A stretch of 42,930 nucleotides of DNA. It comes from a virus. Under the pieces are notes generated by a model. The model did no database searches and was not told where the DNA came from. It worked only from the letters and a program-made list of their open reading frames with translations. Positions 32,549 to 42,079 of this stretch are shown here, one piece after another (positions within the stretch are counted from its first letter, which is position 1; each line of letters begins with the position of its first letter). Where the stretch lies: UHGV virus genome UHGV-1283594. One strand, 5' to 3'. A program made the translations under genes and the position numbers.

Positions 32549-33111
32549 TCCGGTTAGGCCAGCTTCCTGTCACTCTTAAGGTAGGCAAAAAGGAATGGAA
32601 GATCAGAACGGACTACAGGGATATCCTGGTGATCATGCAGGCGTTTAATGATCCAGAGCTTACGGTAGAAGAAGCTCACGTGGTTATGTGTAAGATCCTG
32701 TATGAAGGCTGGACAGATATGCCAAAGGAACTTTATGAAGAGGCAGCTAAAAAGGCGCTCTGGTTCCTGGACTGTGGCCAGGAAGATGAAGAGGATATAA
32801 TGCCGGTCAAGGTGATGGACTGGGAGCAGGATGAGCCGATCCTGTTTCCGGCTATCAACCAGGTGGCCGGATGCGAAGTAAGATCCGTCCCATATATTCA
32901 CTGGTGGACCTTTGTGGGATATTTCATGGAAATCCGGGAAGGTATCTTTTCCACCGTACTGGGGATCCGGCAGAAAATGGCAAAAGGTAAGCACCTGGAA
33001 AAATGGGAAAGAGAATTTCGTAGAAACAATAAAAAGATCTGTGACCTTAAGAAACGGTATACGAAAGAAGAACAGGAAGAAATTGACTATTGGAATAAGT
33101 TATTAGGCTGA
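32545..33111 (+). CDS. Tail assembly chaperone (Gp15/gpT-like), 188 aa
   Basis: In the -1 frame relative to the upstream gene and overlapping it by 4 nt. Has its own ATG. No classical slippery heptamer in the overlap. Confidence 0.5.
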   Translation: MIRLGQLPVTLKVGKKEWKIRTDYRDILVIMQAFNDPELTVEEAHVVMCKILYEGWTDMPKELYEEAAKKALWFLDCGQEDEEDIMPVKVMDWEQDEPILFPAINQVAGCEVRSVPYIHWWTFVGYFMEIREGIFSTVLGIRQKMAKGKHLEKWEREFRRNNKKICDLKKRYTKEEQEEIDYWNKLLG

Positions 33112-33116
33112 GGCGC

Positions 33117-34865
33117 GTGACAGCGTCTTATTTTGATGCCTGGAAAAGAGGTGAGGATATGGCAGCTGATGGCAGTCTGAAATTTGATACAAAAATTGAT
33201 ACCTCTGGACTGGAAAAAGGAACCGGAACACTGGAAAAAGCTTTTGACAGACTCACTAAAGCAGTTGACAGGCTTTCTGACAATATTTCAAATGTGTTTA
33301 ATAATGTGGGCCAGGCGGCAGAAACAGCAGCAGCCCAGTCTTCCAAGGCAGCTGAGGGGATTGATCAGGTAACAGAGTCAGCTAAACAGGCAGAAAGACA
33401 GACCAAAAGCCTGCAGGAACAGATGGATGCCATCAAAGTAGATCGTGGGGAATACCAGGAACAGGAGCCGACACCCGCCAGACGGGTAAAGGTAGACGAT
33501 CCTTCGGCATATGGTTATGATCCTGCAGCAATAGAATTTATTGATAAGTATGCAGCCGGAGAAGAGAAAGCGGAAAAGGCAACCAATGATTTTGCACAGA
33601 AGATCAGCGAATTAAAACAGGAACTCAAAGACCTGGAAAGCCAGGGGATGTACTTTGGTGATGAAAAATATGATGAAACTTATCTGAAACTGGAGAAAGT
33701 CAAGCAGGCTTTGAAAGATTATAAGCAGGAACTGACCAATCCAACGCCAGACGCAGTTATTTTTCCAGCGGACTCCCTGCAGGGGAAGATTGATCGTTTA
33801 AAGCAGGAACTTAAAGATCTGGAAAGCCAGGGAAAAAGCTTTGGTGATGCCTTGTATGACAGCACCTATAAGGCTTTAAACCAGGCACAGTCCGATCTGA
33901 GTACTTATAAAAAGAACCTTACCACTCCTGTTAAAATTCCGGTCCAGTTTGATCCCAATTCCTTTGAGGGACAGAAAGAAGCACTTAGAAGTAAGCTTTT
34001 GGGAATGGAGCAGCAGGGAATATCACTTGGAGATGCAGATTATGACCAGACTTATGTGCAGCTACAACAGGTGATCCAGGCAGAGAATGAATACAAAAAA
34101 TCCCTTTTAAGTGCAGATGCCGGACAGAAGAAAGCAAAAGCATCCGCGGATAAATTAAGGGACTCTGTAAATGGCGCTGGTAAAGCGGCGAAGAACTCAG
34201 GGAAAGGGATGCAGCTCTTAGGCCGGATCAGCCGTATGATGATGATGCGTTTTGTCATGCAGGCGGTAATGGCAGTGATGAGCGCGACAAAGGAAGGCTT
34301 TCAAAACCTTGCAAGATATTCCGGAAGCGCAAACCAGACATTATCCGGTCTGTCCTCTTCTTTATTGTATTTAAAGAACAGCCTGGCAGCCGGTTTTGCT
34401 CCCATTTTAAGTGTTGCGGTACCGGCAATCACTGCATTGATTGATGCGATAGCCCAGGCACTGGCCTGGATCGGGCAACTGGTAGCGGCATTAACTGGGA
34501 AATCCACCTTTGTGAAGGCTAAGAAGACCCAGGAAGATTATGCAAAAAGTCTTAAAAAGACAGGAAGCGCAGCAAAAGATGCAAAGAATAGTCTGGCAGC
34601 TTTTGATAAATTAAATGTCTTAAGTCAAAATAATGCAGGTGGCGGAGGCGGCGGTTCCGGAACAGATCCGTCCCAGATGTTTGAAACGGTGGCAGTATCC
34701 AGCTCACTGTCAAAAGCCCTGGATGCATTAAAAAAGAAATGGAGTGATCTGTCTAATCTGTTTGCCAAAGGATTTAAGGTAGGATTAGGAGATACTACTT
34801 CCCGGTTCGCTACGATCCAGAAAGGGCTTCAGAGTATTAAGGAAAGCCTGGCTGATATTTTTTAA
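33117..34865 (+). CDS. Tape measure protein, N-terminal part (582 aa), ending at an in-frame TAA
   Basis: Coiled-coil rich. Three tandem repeats of about 50 aa (KQELKDLESQG..FGD..YD.TY). TM-like glycine-rich segment near the C-terminus. Same reading frame as 34908-36215. Confidence 0.75.
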   Translation: MTASYFDAWKRGEDMAADGSLKFDTKIDTSGLEKGTGTLEKAFDRLTKAVDRLSDNISNVFNNVGQAAETAAAQSSKAAEGIDQVTESAKQAERQTKSLQEQMDAIKVDRGEYQEQEPTPARRVKVDDPSAYGYDPAAIEFIDKYAAGEEKAEKATNDFAQKISELKQELKDLESQGMYFGDEKYDETYLKLEKVKQALKDYKQELTNPTPDAVIFPADSLQGKIDRLKQELKDLESQGKSFGDALYDSTYKALNQAQSDLSTYKKNLTTPVKIPVQFDPNSFEGQKEALRSKLLGMEQQGISLGDADYDQTYVQLQQVIQAENEYKKSLLSADAGQKKAKASADKLRDSVNGAGKAAKNSGKGMQLLGRISRMMMMRFVMQAVMAVMSATKEGFQNLARYSGSANQTLSGLSSSLLYLKNSLAAGFAPILSVAVPAITALIDAIAQALAWIGQLVAALTGKSTFVKAKKTQEDYAKSLKKTGSAAKDAKNSLAAFDKLNVLSQNNAGGGGGGSGTDPSQMFETVAVSSSLSKALDALKKKWSDLSNLFAKGFKVGLGDTTSRFATIQKGLQSIKESLADIF

Positions 34866-34907
34866 GATCCGCGAGTCCAGGCTGCAGCAAGTACCTGGGG
34901 AAATAAA

Positions 34908-36215
34908 ATGGTCTATGATTTAGGCGTGATTGCAGGTTCTGTTGCGTCAGTTGGTATTACGCTGGCAGCAAACCTGGTCGGTGGCACTGCAAAGTATCTG
35001 GAAGAAGTCCGGGAACGGATTAAGCAATATATCATAGACATGTTTGATATAACCGGGGACATAGCAGATATTGTGGCAAATTTTTCCGCAGCTTTCGCAG
35101 AAGTATTCAGTGTCTTTGCAGATGAAAACGGGCAGACATTTACTGCAAATCTGATCGGCTTTTTTTCCAACTCCTTCATGGGTTTGACAGAAGTGTTTGC
35201 CAAGCTTGGGCGGGATCTTTTAAACGCCCTGCTGACGCCTCTTACAAATAATACGGCCGGTTTTAAACAGGCATTTGACGGGCTTCTGGGAGTTGCTGCT
35301 CAGATAATGGGAGATCTTAAAGATCTGTTTACAGATGCGTTTGATCAGATAAACCAGACATATGATGAGCATGTAGCACCTATGTTTGACGCATTTACAG
35401 AGGGACTTACAGAAATCCACAAAAGCGCTCTGGAAGCATTTGAAACATACATATTGCCGGCACTTCAGAAAGTGGCAGATAAATTTACAGAAGTCAAAAG
35501 CCAATATTTGCAGCCATTTATTAAAAGTTTTGTAGAATTATTCGGAAACGTTGCAGATACCCTAACCGTCTTATGGAACCAGGTACTGCAGCCGCTTTTA
35601 AACTGGATCGTTCAGAGTTTTGCCCCGCTTATTGGTGCAGCCATTGAAAATGTTGGAGGATTTTTTACTGCTCTTCTTGCAGTAGTAAGCACTGCAGCCC
35701 AAGGTGTAACAGACGCTTTAAACGGCATCCTGGAGTTTATACAGGGCGTATTTACCGGGGATATGGAAAAGGCCTTAAATGGTATAAAAGATATATTTAA
35801 GAGTGTTTTTAACGGGATCATTTCCACAGTAGAAGTTGCGATCAATCATATTGTGGAAGGTTTAAATGGTATCAGCTTTGATGTACCGGACTGGGTGCCC
35901 CTTGCCGGTGGTCAGCATTTTGGATTTAATGTCTCATCAATGAAACTTCCTAGACTGGCTACAGGAACCGTTGTTCCAAGACAGGCCGGAGAATTTGCGG
36001 CGATCCTTGGAGATAACAATCGGGAAGCAGAAGTGGTCTCTCCATTGTCTACGATCAAGCAGGCATTGCTGGAAACCTTGAAAGAGGCAGGTGCTGGACT
36101 GGGTGGAGACATTCAGCTGATGATCAATCTGGATGGAAAGGTAGTGTACGAAAATGTGGTAAAACGTAACCGGTTGGCAAGAAAGCAGACGGGGAAAAAT
36201 CCGCTGCTTGTGTAA
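34908..36215 (+). CDS. Tape measure protein, C-terminal part (435 aa), or second tape-measure-like protein
   Basis: Composition (A/L/F/Q-rich helical protein). Same frame as the upstream part, separated by one TAA and 14 sense codons. Confidence 0.65.
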   Translation: MVYDLGVIAGSVASVGITLAANLVGGTAKYLEEVRERIKQYIIDMFDITGDIADIVANFSAAFAEVFSVFADENGQTFTANLIGFFSNSFMGLTEVFAKLGRDLLNALLTPLTNNTAGFKQAFDGLLGVAAQIMGDLKDLFTDAFDQINQTYDEHVAPMFDAFTEGLTEIHKSALEAFETYILPALQKVADKFTEVKSQYLQPFIKSFVELFGNVADTLTVLWNQVLQPLLNWIVQSFAPLIGAAIENVGGFFTALLAVVSTAAQGVTDALNGILEFIQGVFTGDMEKALNGIKDIFKSVFNGIISTVEVAINHIVEGLNGISFDVPDWVPLAGGQHFGFNVSSMKLPRLATGTVVPRQAGEFAAILGDNNREAEVVSPLSTIKQALLETLKEAGAGLGGDIQLMINLDGKVVYENVVKRNRLARKQTGKNPLLV

Positions 36216-36227
36216 GGAGGAAGGACT

Positions 36228-36638
36228 ATGGCTTTTAAAGGATGGCTTATAAAATTTGGAAATACCGTCCTTCCGAACAAATATCTGGAGAAATATAAAA
36301 GTACACCTAATCAGAGACTGGAACTGGATGCATCTCGTGATGCAACGGCATTGCTCCACCGTCAGACATCGCCGAATTATAAGACGAGCCTGACAGTACC
36401 GATCCGGAAACTATATCTGGGTGAAAAGATAGTCGTTAAAGCGATCATAGATGCGGGGATCGTGTCAGGAGGAGAGCGGGAAAGAAAGGTATCTGTCACG
36501 TATTGGAACGATGAGGAAATGGATTATAAGTCAGGAGTATTTTATATCGCAGATATTGAATATACGATTTCCTATGTGAATGAGAGAAAACTGGATATGG
36601 TCTATGAACCATTTGATATCCAGCTGACAGAATATTAG
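36228..36638 (+). CDS. Distal tail protein-like (short), 136 aa
   Basis: Position directly after the tape measure. RBS AAGGAGGAAGG. Confidence 0.4.
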   Translation: MAFKGWLIKFGNTVLPNKYLEKYKSTPNQRLELDASRDATALLHRQTSPNYKTSLTVPIRKLYLGEKIVVKAIIDAGIVSGGERERKVSVTYWNDEEMDYKSGVFYIADIEYTISYVNERKLDMVYEPFDIQLTEY

Positions 36639-36649
36639 GGAGGCAGCTT

Positions 36650-38725
36650 ATGTTAAATGTGGATGAACGATTAAAAGAATTGTATCGGGCAGACAGTACA
36701 GATAAACAGCTGATCCTGGACTTTTATCACAAAGGAGAAGATGAACCTTACCTGCGTCTTTCAAGCAGCAATATAAAAGCGGAAACAATGGAACTGGATG
36801 AGGCATTGTCCAGTAATGAAAATCTGGAATTTGGAAGCTGCGAAGCATCACAGTTAAAAATTACACTTCTTAATGTTACGGAAGTTGTAAAAGAAGCCAG
36901 AATGGAAGTTTATCAGATCCTGGAGGGAATATGGCCGGAAGCAGGCCTGTTTCCAGGATCTGACATATATCCCAATGGATATCGGATGCCTTTAGGAGTA
37001 TATATCATTAAATCCGCAGAAAAAGAAACAGATAGAAAATACCTGGATATTGTAGGTCTGGATCAGATGTCTCTGTTTGATGCAAATGTGGCACAGTGGT
37101 ATAACAATCTTTCGTTTCCAATGACATTGAAAGAATTCAGATCCAGTTTATGTCAGTACGTTGGTGTGACGGAAAAGGTTCCATCTTATCTTCCAAATGA
37201 CAGTATTTTGATTGAAAAGACAATGAGTGTAGAAGAATTGTCTGGTCGGGATACTTTGATTGCATGTGAACAGATGAATGGTGTGTTTGGCCATTTTGAC
37301 CGGGAAGGGATTTTACAGCATATTGCATTGCAACCGAATTATATTTTGGCACCAGCTGAAAATCTGTATCCGTCAGATGAATTATATCCTCTTGTTCCAG
37401 GTGAAATGAATGAGCAGGTCTATGATGAAATAATTTCACAAAATCTGTATAAATCTTGTGTTTTTGAAGATTACACGGTAAAAACCGTTGAAGCGGTACA
37501 AATCCGCCAGGAAGAAGAGGATATTGGTGCGATCTATGGAACCGGTAATTGTCTGGTAGTAGAAGGTAATTTCCTGCTATACGGCAAGGGCGCAGATGAA
37601 TTACAGCAGATCGCAGCGGGGATTTATGGAATGGTGAGCAGCCGGCCTTATGTTCCTTACGAATGTAATCTGCTAAAAGGCTTGCCATATTTAGAACTGG
37701 GAGATGCCAGCTTGATCAAGTCGGAAGAAGGGACAATTGTTTCTTACATCATTAAGAGGACGATGAAAGGGATCCATGCCTTACAGGATACCTATAGCGC
37801 AACAGGTGAAGAAATACGAAAGGAAGAGCAGGGGACCAACGCGGACATTATCCGCTTAAAAGGCAAGGCTGCATATTTAAAGAAAAATGTAGATGAAGTA
37901 TCAGCAAACCTGGTGGACCTAGAAAAACGTACAGAGGCAAAACTGACGATCACTGCAGAACAGATTGCCGCAGAAGGAGAATTATCTTCTCAGATCACGA
38001 TGACGGCAGAGAACATAAAACTGATGGTTAAAAAGGGAGAAGTATCAGCTCAATTATCCATTGAAAGTGGCGGCATTGATATTAAAGGCAATCGCTTTAG
38101 CTGGACGTCCACCTATTCTTCCTTGACTGCAGACGGGAAACTGACCGTAGTGGAAGGCCTGTTCAAGGGAAGTATCAATGTTGGTGATGGTCAGTTTACG
38201 GTAGATCAGAATGGTAAAGTCCTTGCGAAAAATATAGAGATTGGTACCACCGCTACAGGTGCTACCATTTATGGAGAAACCGTACTGGCATCCAGATTTA
38301 CATGCAGGGATACTTTTTCTGTAGATTGTTATGCCTCCATGGCGGATATAGGCGCCAATACCATTGGGTGTGACAAGCTCAGAGCCAATACGATCATTGG
38401 GACAATAGATGAGTACTCAGACCGAAGATTAAAGGAAAATATCCATAAGGTAGATACAGAAACAGCACTTCAGATCATCAAACAGCTTCAGCCGGTATCC
38501 TACAATATGAAACGGACAGACCATGCAGGTATAGGTTTTATTGCTCAGGATGTCCGTAGGATATGCAGAAAGCAGGGGTTAAACCTTCCTCTGTATGGAC
38601 ATAGTGGAAGATATTTTACGATCCCGTATACCAATTACATTCCCCTGCTGGTAGCTGCTATGCAGAGCCAGCAGGAGGAAATTGACAGGCTGAAAAGCCT
38701 GATCAGAAAGGAAGCACATGTATAA
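36650..38725 (+). CDS. Tail fiber / tail-associated protein with a C-terminal intramolecular chaperone (peptidase S74-like) domain
   Basis: C-terminus DRRLKENIHKVDTETALQIIKQLQPVSYNMKRTDHAGIGFIAQDVRRI ... matches the autoproteolytic chaperone domain of tail spikes/fibers. Preceding coiled-coil segment. Confidence 0.65.
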   Translation: MLNVDERLKELYRADSTDKQLILDFYHKGEDEPYLRLSSSNIKAETMELDEALSSNENLEFGSCEASQLKITLLNVTEVVKEARMEVYQILEGIWPEAGLFPGSDIYPNGYRMPLGVYIIKSAEKETDRKYLDIVGLDQMSLFDANVAQWYNNLSFPMTLKEFRSSLCQYVGVTEKVPSYLPNDSILIEKTMSVEELSGRDTLIACEQMNGVFGHFDREGILQHIALQPNYILAPAENLYPSDELYPLVPGEMNEQVYDEIISQNLYKSCVFEDYTVKTVEAVQIRQEEEDIGAIYGTGNCLVVEGNFLLYGKGADELQQIAAGIYGMVSSRPYVPYECNLLKGLPYLELGDASLIKSEEGTIVSYIIKRTMKGIHALQDTYSATGEEIRKEEQGTNADIIRLKGKAAYLKKNVDEVSANLVDLEKRTEAKLTITAEQIAAEGELSSQITMTAENIKLMVKKGEVSAQLSIESGGIDIKGNRFSWTSTYSSLTADGKLTVVEGLFKGSINVGDGQFTVDQNGKVLAKNIEIGTTATGATIYGETVLASRFTCRDTFSVDCYASMADIGANTIGCDKLRANTIIGTIDEYSDRRLKENIHKVDTETALQIIKQLQPVSYNMKRTDHAGIGFIAQDVRRICRKQGLNLPLYGHSGRYFTIPYTNYIPLLVAAMQSQQEEIDRLKSLIRKEAHV

Positions 38726-38869
38726 CTTATCAGAGGAGCAGCGGGCAACGTTGCTCTATATTTTTGATCATCTTGTAGTAACAGGCCCGGACCAGGCAGC
38801 ACTGCTCAGTAATGCAGCGGTTGTTGTACGTGGGTTAGAGAAAACAGATAAAAAGAAGGAGATAAAATA

Positions 38870-39784
38870 ATGGCAGTAAAAACAGTACAGGCCATCATTA
38901 ATGGCGTAACAACTATATTAACATTAAATTCCAGCACAGGAAAATATGAAGCTACGATCACAGCTCCATCTAAGTCCAGTTATACCATCAATGACGGGCA
39001 TTATTATCCGGTAACGGTTAAGGCAACGGATGTGGCTGGAAATACAACGACAAAGACGGATTCAGATACGACCTTGGGAGCCAGTCTGAAATTAAAAGTA
39101 AAAGAGAAAGTTGCACCGGCTATTACCATTACCAGTCCAACAGCAGGATCTTATATCACCAACAATAAGCCAACTATTAAGTGGAAAGTAACAGATGCGG
39201 ATTCTGGTGTTAATCCTGCAACTATTGGTATTACCATTGACAGTGGCAGCAAGGTTACAGGTGACAGCATTACTAAAACAGCTGTTACAGGTGGATATGA
39301 GTGTACTTATACTCCAACTACAGCTCTGGCAGATGGCAGCCATACAATTAAGATCGATGCATCTGACTTTGATGGAAATGCGGCTACACAGAAGACCGTT
39401 ACATTCAAGATCGATACTGTACCACCTACACTTTCTATCACAGCTCCGGCAGATAAACTGGTTACCAACAAGACTGCGGTTACTGTTACCGGTACTACCA
39501 ATGACGCAACTTCCAGCCCTGTTACAGTAACAGTCAAGCTGAACAGTGGTACTGCGGAAACAGTAACAGTCGGATCTGATGGTACCTTTAGTAAGGCACT
39601 GACACTGGTTACTGGTACAAATACCATTACAGTTGTTGCGAAAGACTCTGCAGGTAAGACTACAACCGTTACCAGAACCGTAACAGTAGATACAACAGCG
39701 CCTGTGATCAAGTCTGTAACGATCAATCCAAACCCAGTAGATTGTGGCAAGACCTATGTGATCAGCGTGGAGGTTACCGACTAA
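38870..39784 (+). CDS. Ig-like (Big-type) repeat protein, Thr-rich (receptor-binding/tail decoration candidate)
   Basis: Repeated beta-sandwich units (ITSPTAGSYITNNKPTIKWKVTD; SITAPADKLVTNKTAVTVTGTTND; VIKSVTINPNPVDCGKTYVISVEVTD). Confidence 0.55.
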   Translation: MAVKTVQAIINGVTTILTLNSSTGKYEATITAPSKSSYTINDGHYYPVTVKATDVAGNTTTKTDSDTTLGASLKLKVKEKVAPAITITSPTAGSYITNNKPTIKWKVTDADSGVNPATIGITIDSGSKVTGDSITKTAVTGGYECTYTPTTALADGSHTIKIDASDFDGNAATQKTVTFKIDTVPPTLSITAPADKLVTNKTAVTVTGTTNDATSSPVTVTVKLNSGTAETVTVGSDGTFSKALTLVTGTNTITVVAKDSAGKTTTVTRTVTVDTTAPVIKSVTINPNPVDCGKTYVISVEVTD

Positions 39785-39796
39785 TAGGAGGCTATA

Positions 39797-40126
39797 ATGG
39801 TCAAACGTGTTTTTGGCCGTGTAGACGGCTGCGAAGTCGAGCTGAACCGATCAGAAGGGGACTGGTGGAATGTACCGGTCCCCTTTGATACGGACGGGGA
39901 ATATGTGGTGGAGATCCTGGCAGAAGATGAGGCTGGTAATCAGGCATATATAGCAAAGATGTTGTTTGTAGTCAATACAGCATTGTTGTGTGCTCATGTG
40001 GAGCCGGTTCCTTACTATGGACAGCTTCTTGAAACGGAATGGGAGGCTGAACTTGTAGCACCGCAGATTTATACAGAACTGTTAGTGGAAGGAGGAAAAA
40101 GATGCAACGGGTCCATTTCTATGTAG
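39797..40126 (+). CDS. Hypothetical tail-region protein, 109 aa
   Basis: RBS TAGGAGG. Confidence 0.4.
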   Translation: MVKRVFGRVDGCEVELNRSEGDWWNVPVPFDTDGEYVVEILAEDEAGNQAYIAKMLFVVNTALLCAHVEPVPYYGQLLETEWEAELVAPQIYTELLVEGGKRCNGSISM

Positions 40127-40368
40127 GTGAAAATAAAAGCATTGGACTTCGGATACACGCAAGAGATCAGGCTCCCTTCACGATCCGAGATGCCACCTGG
40201 GAACTTAAAGGCAACTATGAAACTGAAGCCCAGGGTGAATGTGAGATCAATGGGGATGTGATCCGTGCCATGATAGCTCCGCAAAAACGTGTGACCTATC
40301 GCCTTTATTTCACCTATAAAGTAGCAGAAGAGATTTTGATGGAATGTATAGAGGTGGTGGCTGAATAA
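40102..40368 (+). CDS. Hypothetical protein, 88 aa
   Basis: Strong RBS GGAAGGAGGAAAAAG. Confidence 0.4.
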   Translation: MQRVHFYVGENKSIGLRIHARDQAPFTIRDATWELKGNYETEAQGECEINGDVIRAMIAPQKRVTYRLYFTYKVAEEILMECIEVVAE

Positions 40369-40592
40369 TGGCAGACAGTATTTATATCCAATCAGTATCG
40401 ATCACGCCGAACCCGGTGACTGCAGGCGGGAAGATAAAGATCGAGGTTGAAATTTATACCCTGTATCCACAGACAACCTTATATCCGGCAACCACGCTTT
40501 ATCCTGGAGAGGATCTGTTTACCCTGCATCCAGATACAGACCTGTATCCATCAAAAGATATTTATCCAACTGAAGGAGGAATAGAAACATGA
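40368..40592 (+). CDS. Ig-like N-terminal segment followed by five (T/D)LYP repeats, 74 aa
   Basis: SVSITPNPVTAGGKIKIEVEI is homologous to the C-terminus of the 38870-39784 protein. Repeats TLYPQT, TLYPAT, TLYPGED, TLHPDT, DLYPSK, DIYPTE. Confidence 0.45.
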   Translation: MADSIYIQSVSITPNPVTAGGKIKIEVEIYTLYPQTTLYPATTLYPGEDLFTLHPDTDLYPSKDIYPTEGGIET

Positions 40593-41158
40593 AATTGAGC
40601 AGCTTTACGGCTTATGTAAAACAGCTTTGGAAAAATAAGCCTGATACCAGTACGCCATTATCAGCGGAAAGACTGACACATATGGAAGAAGGAATAAAAG
40701 GAAACAGTGATGCTATTGAAGCCATTGCAGCAGCAGTAGTAAGCCAGATCGTTAATGATCCGGATAAGATTGCCAGTATGGCAGCGTTGTATTCTGTAAA
40801 TCAGAAGATCGGTGATGTATCGAAATTGCCAGACAGTGTAGCGGATGTGGTGACTGCGATTGCTAAACAAAATAGTAATTTAGATTCGGGATATTTTAAA
40901 ATAAAAGTTAAGACTACAACGATTGTTTTAATTATCGAAGAGTTTACCTTTACAAATGGAGTAGCAACTAAGACACTTCAATCTATTTTTGGAAACATTC
41001 CTACATATGCTAGCGGTATATGTCAAACAAAAGTTGAAGATAGCGGTGTTTACAATTTTACAGCAGTAAAAGACGGAAATAATTTAAAAATTGCAACAGC
41101 TGGTTCTACATTTTCCGGAAAAAAATGGGTAACTATGATAATTTTTGGTACGGCTTAA
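40589..41158 (+). CDS. Tail fiber-like hypothetical protein whose C-terminal half is visibly AT-rich
   Basis: Composition shifts near 40870. Confidence 0.4.
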   Translation: MKLSSFTAYVKQLWKNKPDTSTPLSAERLTHMEEGIKGNSDAIEAIAAAVVSQIVNDPDKIASMAALYSVNQKIGDVSKLPDSVADVVTAIAKQNSNLDSGYFKIKVKTTTIVLIIEEFTFTNGVATKTLQSIFGNIPTYASGICQTKVEDSGVYNFTAVKDGNNLKIATAGSTFSGKKWVTMIIFGTA

Positions 41159-41494
41159 TCTACAAAAAGATTGTTTGCTATTGGAATACAAGTCTTTGCA
41201 ACTGATAAATTAAGATGCTGACAAGGATACATACCGTTTTATGATTTGCCCATCATAAAAGAAACTAAGGGTTAATTTAGATAATGTTGTATCAATTTCC
41301 ATTCTAGTAATGCTCTTTCCCGCAACCATTATCGGTGAAGTATAAGGAACGCCATCAATCGTAAACGTTACTCCATTATTATTAGCATTCAAGACTACCT
41401 TGGAAATATGATTATCTGTGTTGAGTTTGTTTGTTCCAAGAGTTTCTAAATTACTATAAAACTAAGCCAATTTCATAGAAATAACAATCCAAGG

Positions 41495-41522
41495 CCTAAA
41501 AGGGCCTTTTATTATACACAAA
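41495..41522 (+). terminator. Rho-independent terminator
   Basis: AAGGCC-taaaag-GGCCTT followed by TTATTAT. Confidence 0.5.
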
Positions 41523-41549
41523 ATCAAATCAGAAAGGAGATAGAACATT

Positions 41550-41978
41550 ATGGAATCTATCAAAATCGGAACTCAGAGTTATGAATTAGTAGCTGACGGA
41601 TATCAACTGCAGCAGGATGGAGGATGTATTATCTTCCAGCCAGGGGAGCAGACCTTTGAAGAAGTTGAAACCGTGATGTCAGGCGTTAAATCTATTTTGC
41701 TTTTAGATGAAAATGGGGACACAATGGCATCCAGGACAGATTTGGTATATGCTGGTCGCATGACCAGACAGAAGGATTATGTAATTAGAGTTGAGAAAAA
41801 CCAGACAGGCACTGATTCAGAGGGCAATGCAGTGTATGAGTATAAAGATATAACAGGTACCGTTCTGATTGCAGAGTTTCGTCTTCCGGACTTGCGTGAA
41901 AAATATGCAGCATTAGAGGAAGAAGTGACAAATACCCAGCTGGCAATTGTAGAACTTTATGAAGGAGGTGAGGCATAA
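41550..41978 (+). CDS. Hypothetical protein, 142 aa
   Basis: RBS AAAGGAGATAG. Confidence 0.45.
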   Translation: MESIKIGTQSYELVADGYQLQQDGGCIIFQPGEQTFEEVETVMSGVKSILLLDENGDTMASRTDLVYAGRMTRQKDYVIRVEKNQTGTDSEGNAVYEYKDITGTVLIAEFRLPDLREKYAALEEEVTNTQLAIVELYEGGEA

Positions 41979-42079
41979 TGGCAAGAGTATATGCAGATCT
42001 GATCCGCAAAGGGAAAATTAATATTGAAAACGTGCCTGTGAAGATCAGAACAGAAGTTGAGGCAATTTTAAATGCTTAG
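41978..42079 (+). CDS. XkdX-like small protein, 33 aa (paralog 1)
   Basis: MARVYADLIRKGKINIENVPVKIRTEVEAILNA. TAATG coupling. RBS GAAGGAGGTGAGG. Not in the ORF track. Confidence 0.4.
   Translation: MARVYADLIRKGKINIENVPVKIRTEVEAILNA

Noticed and set aside
37137-37688. 183-aa minus-strand ORF inside the tail fiber gene, and 39307-39750 (-) inside the Ig-like gene
   Set aside because: Antisense to long, well-behaved structural genes in an operon that is uniformly plus-strand.
41210-41392. 60-aa minus-strand ORF in the AT-rich gap as a confident gene
   Set aside because: TTG start and weak RBS. Kept only as a remark inside a finding, not as a feature.
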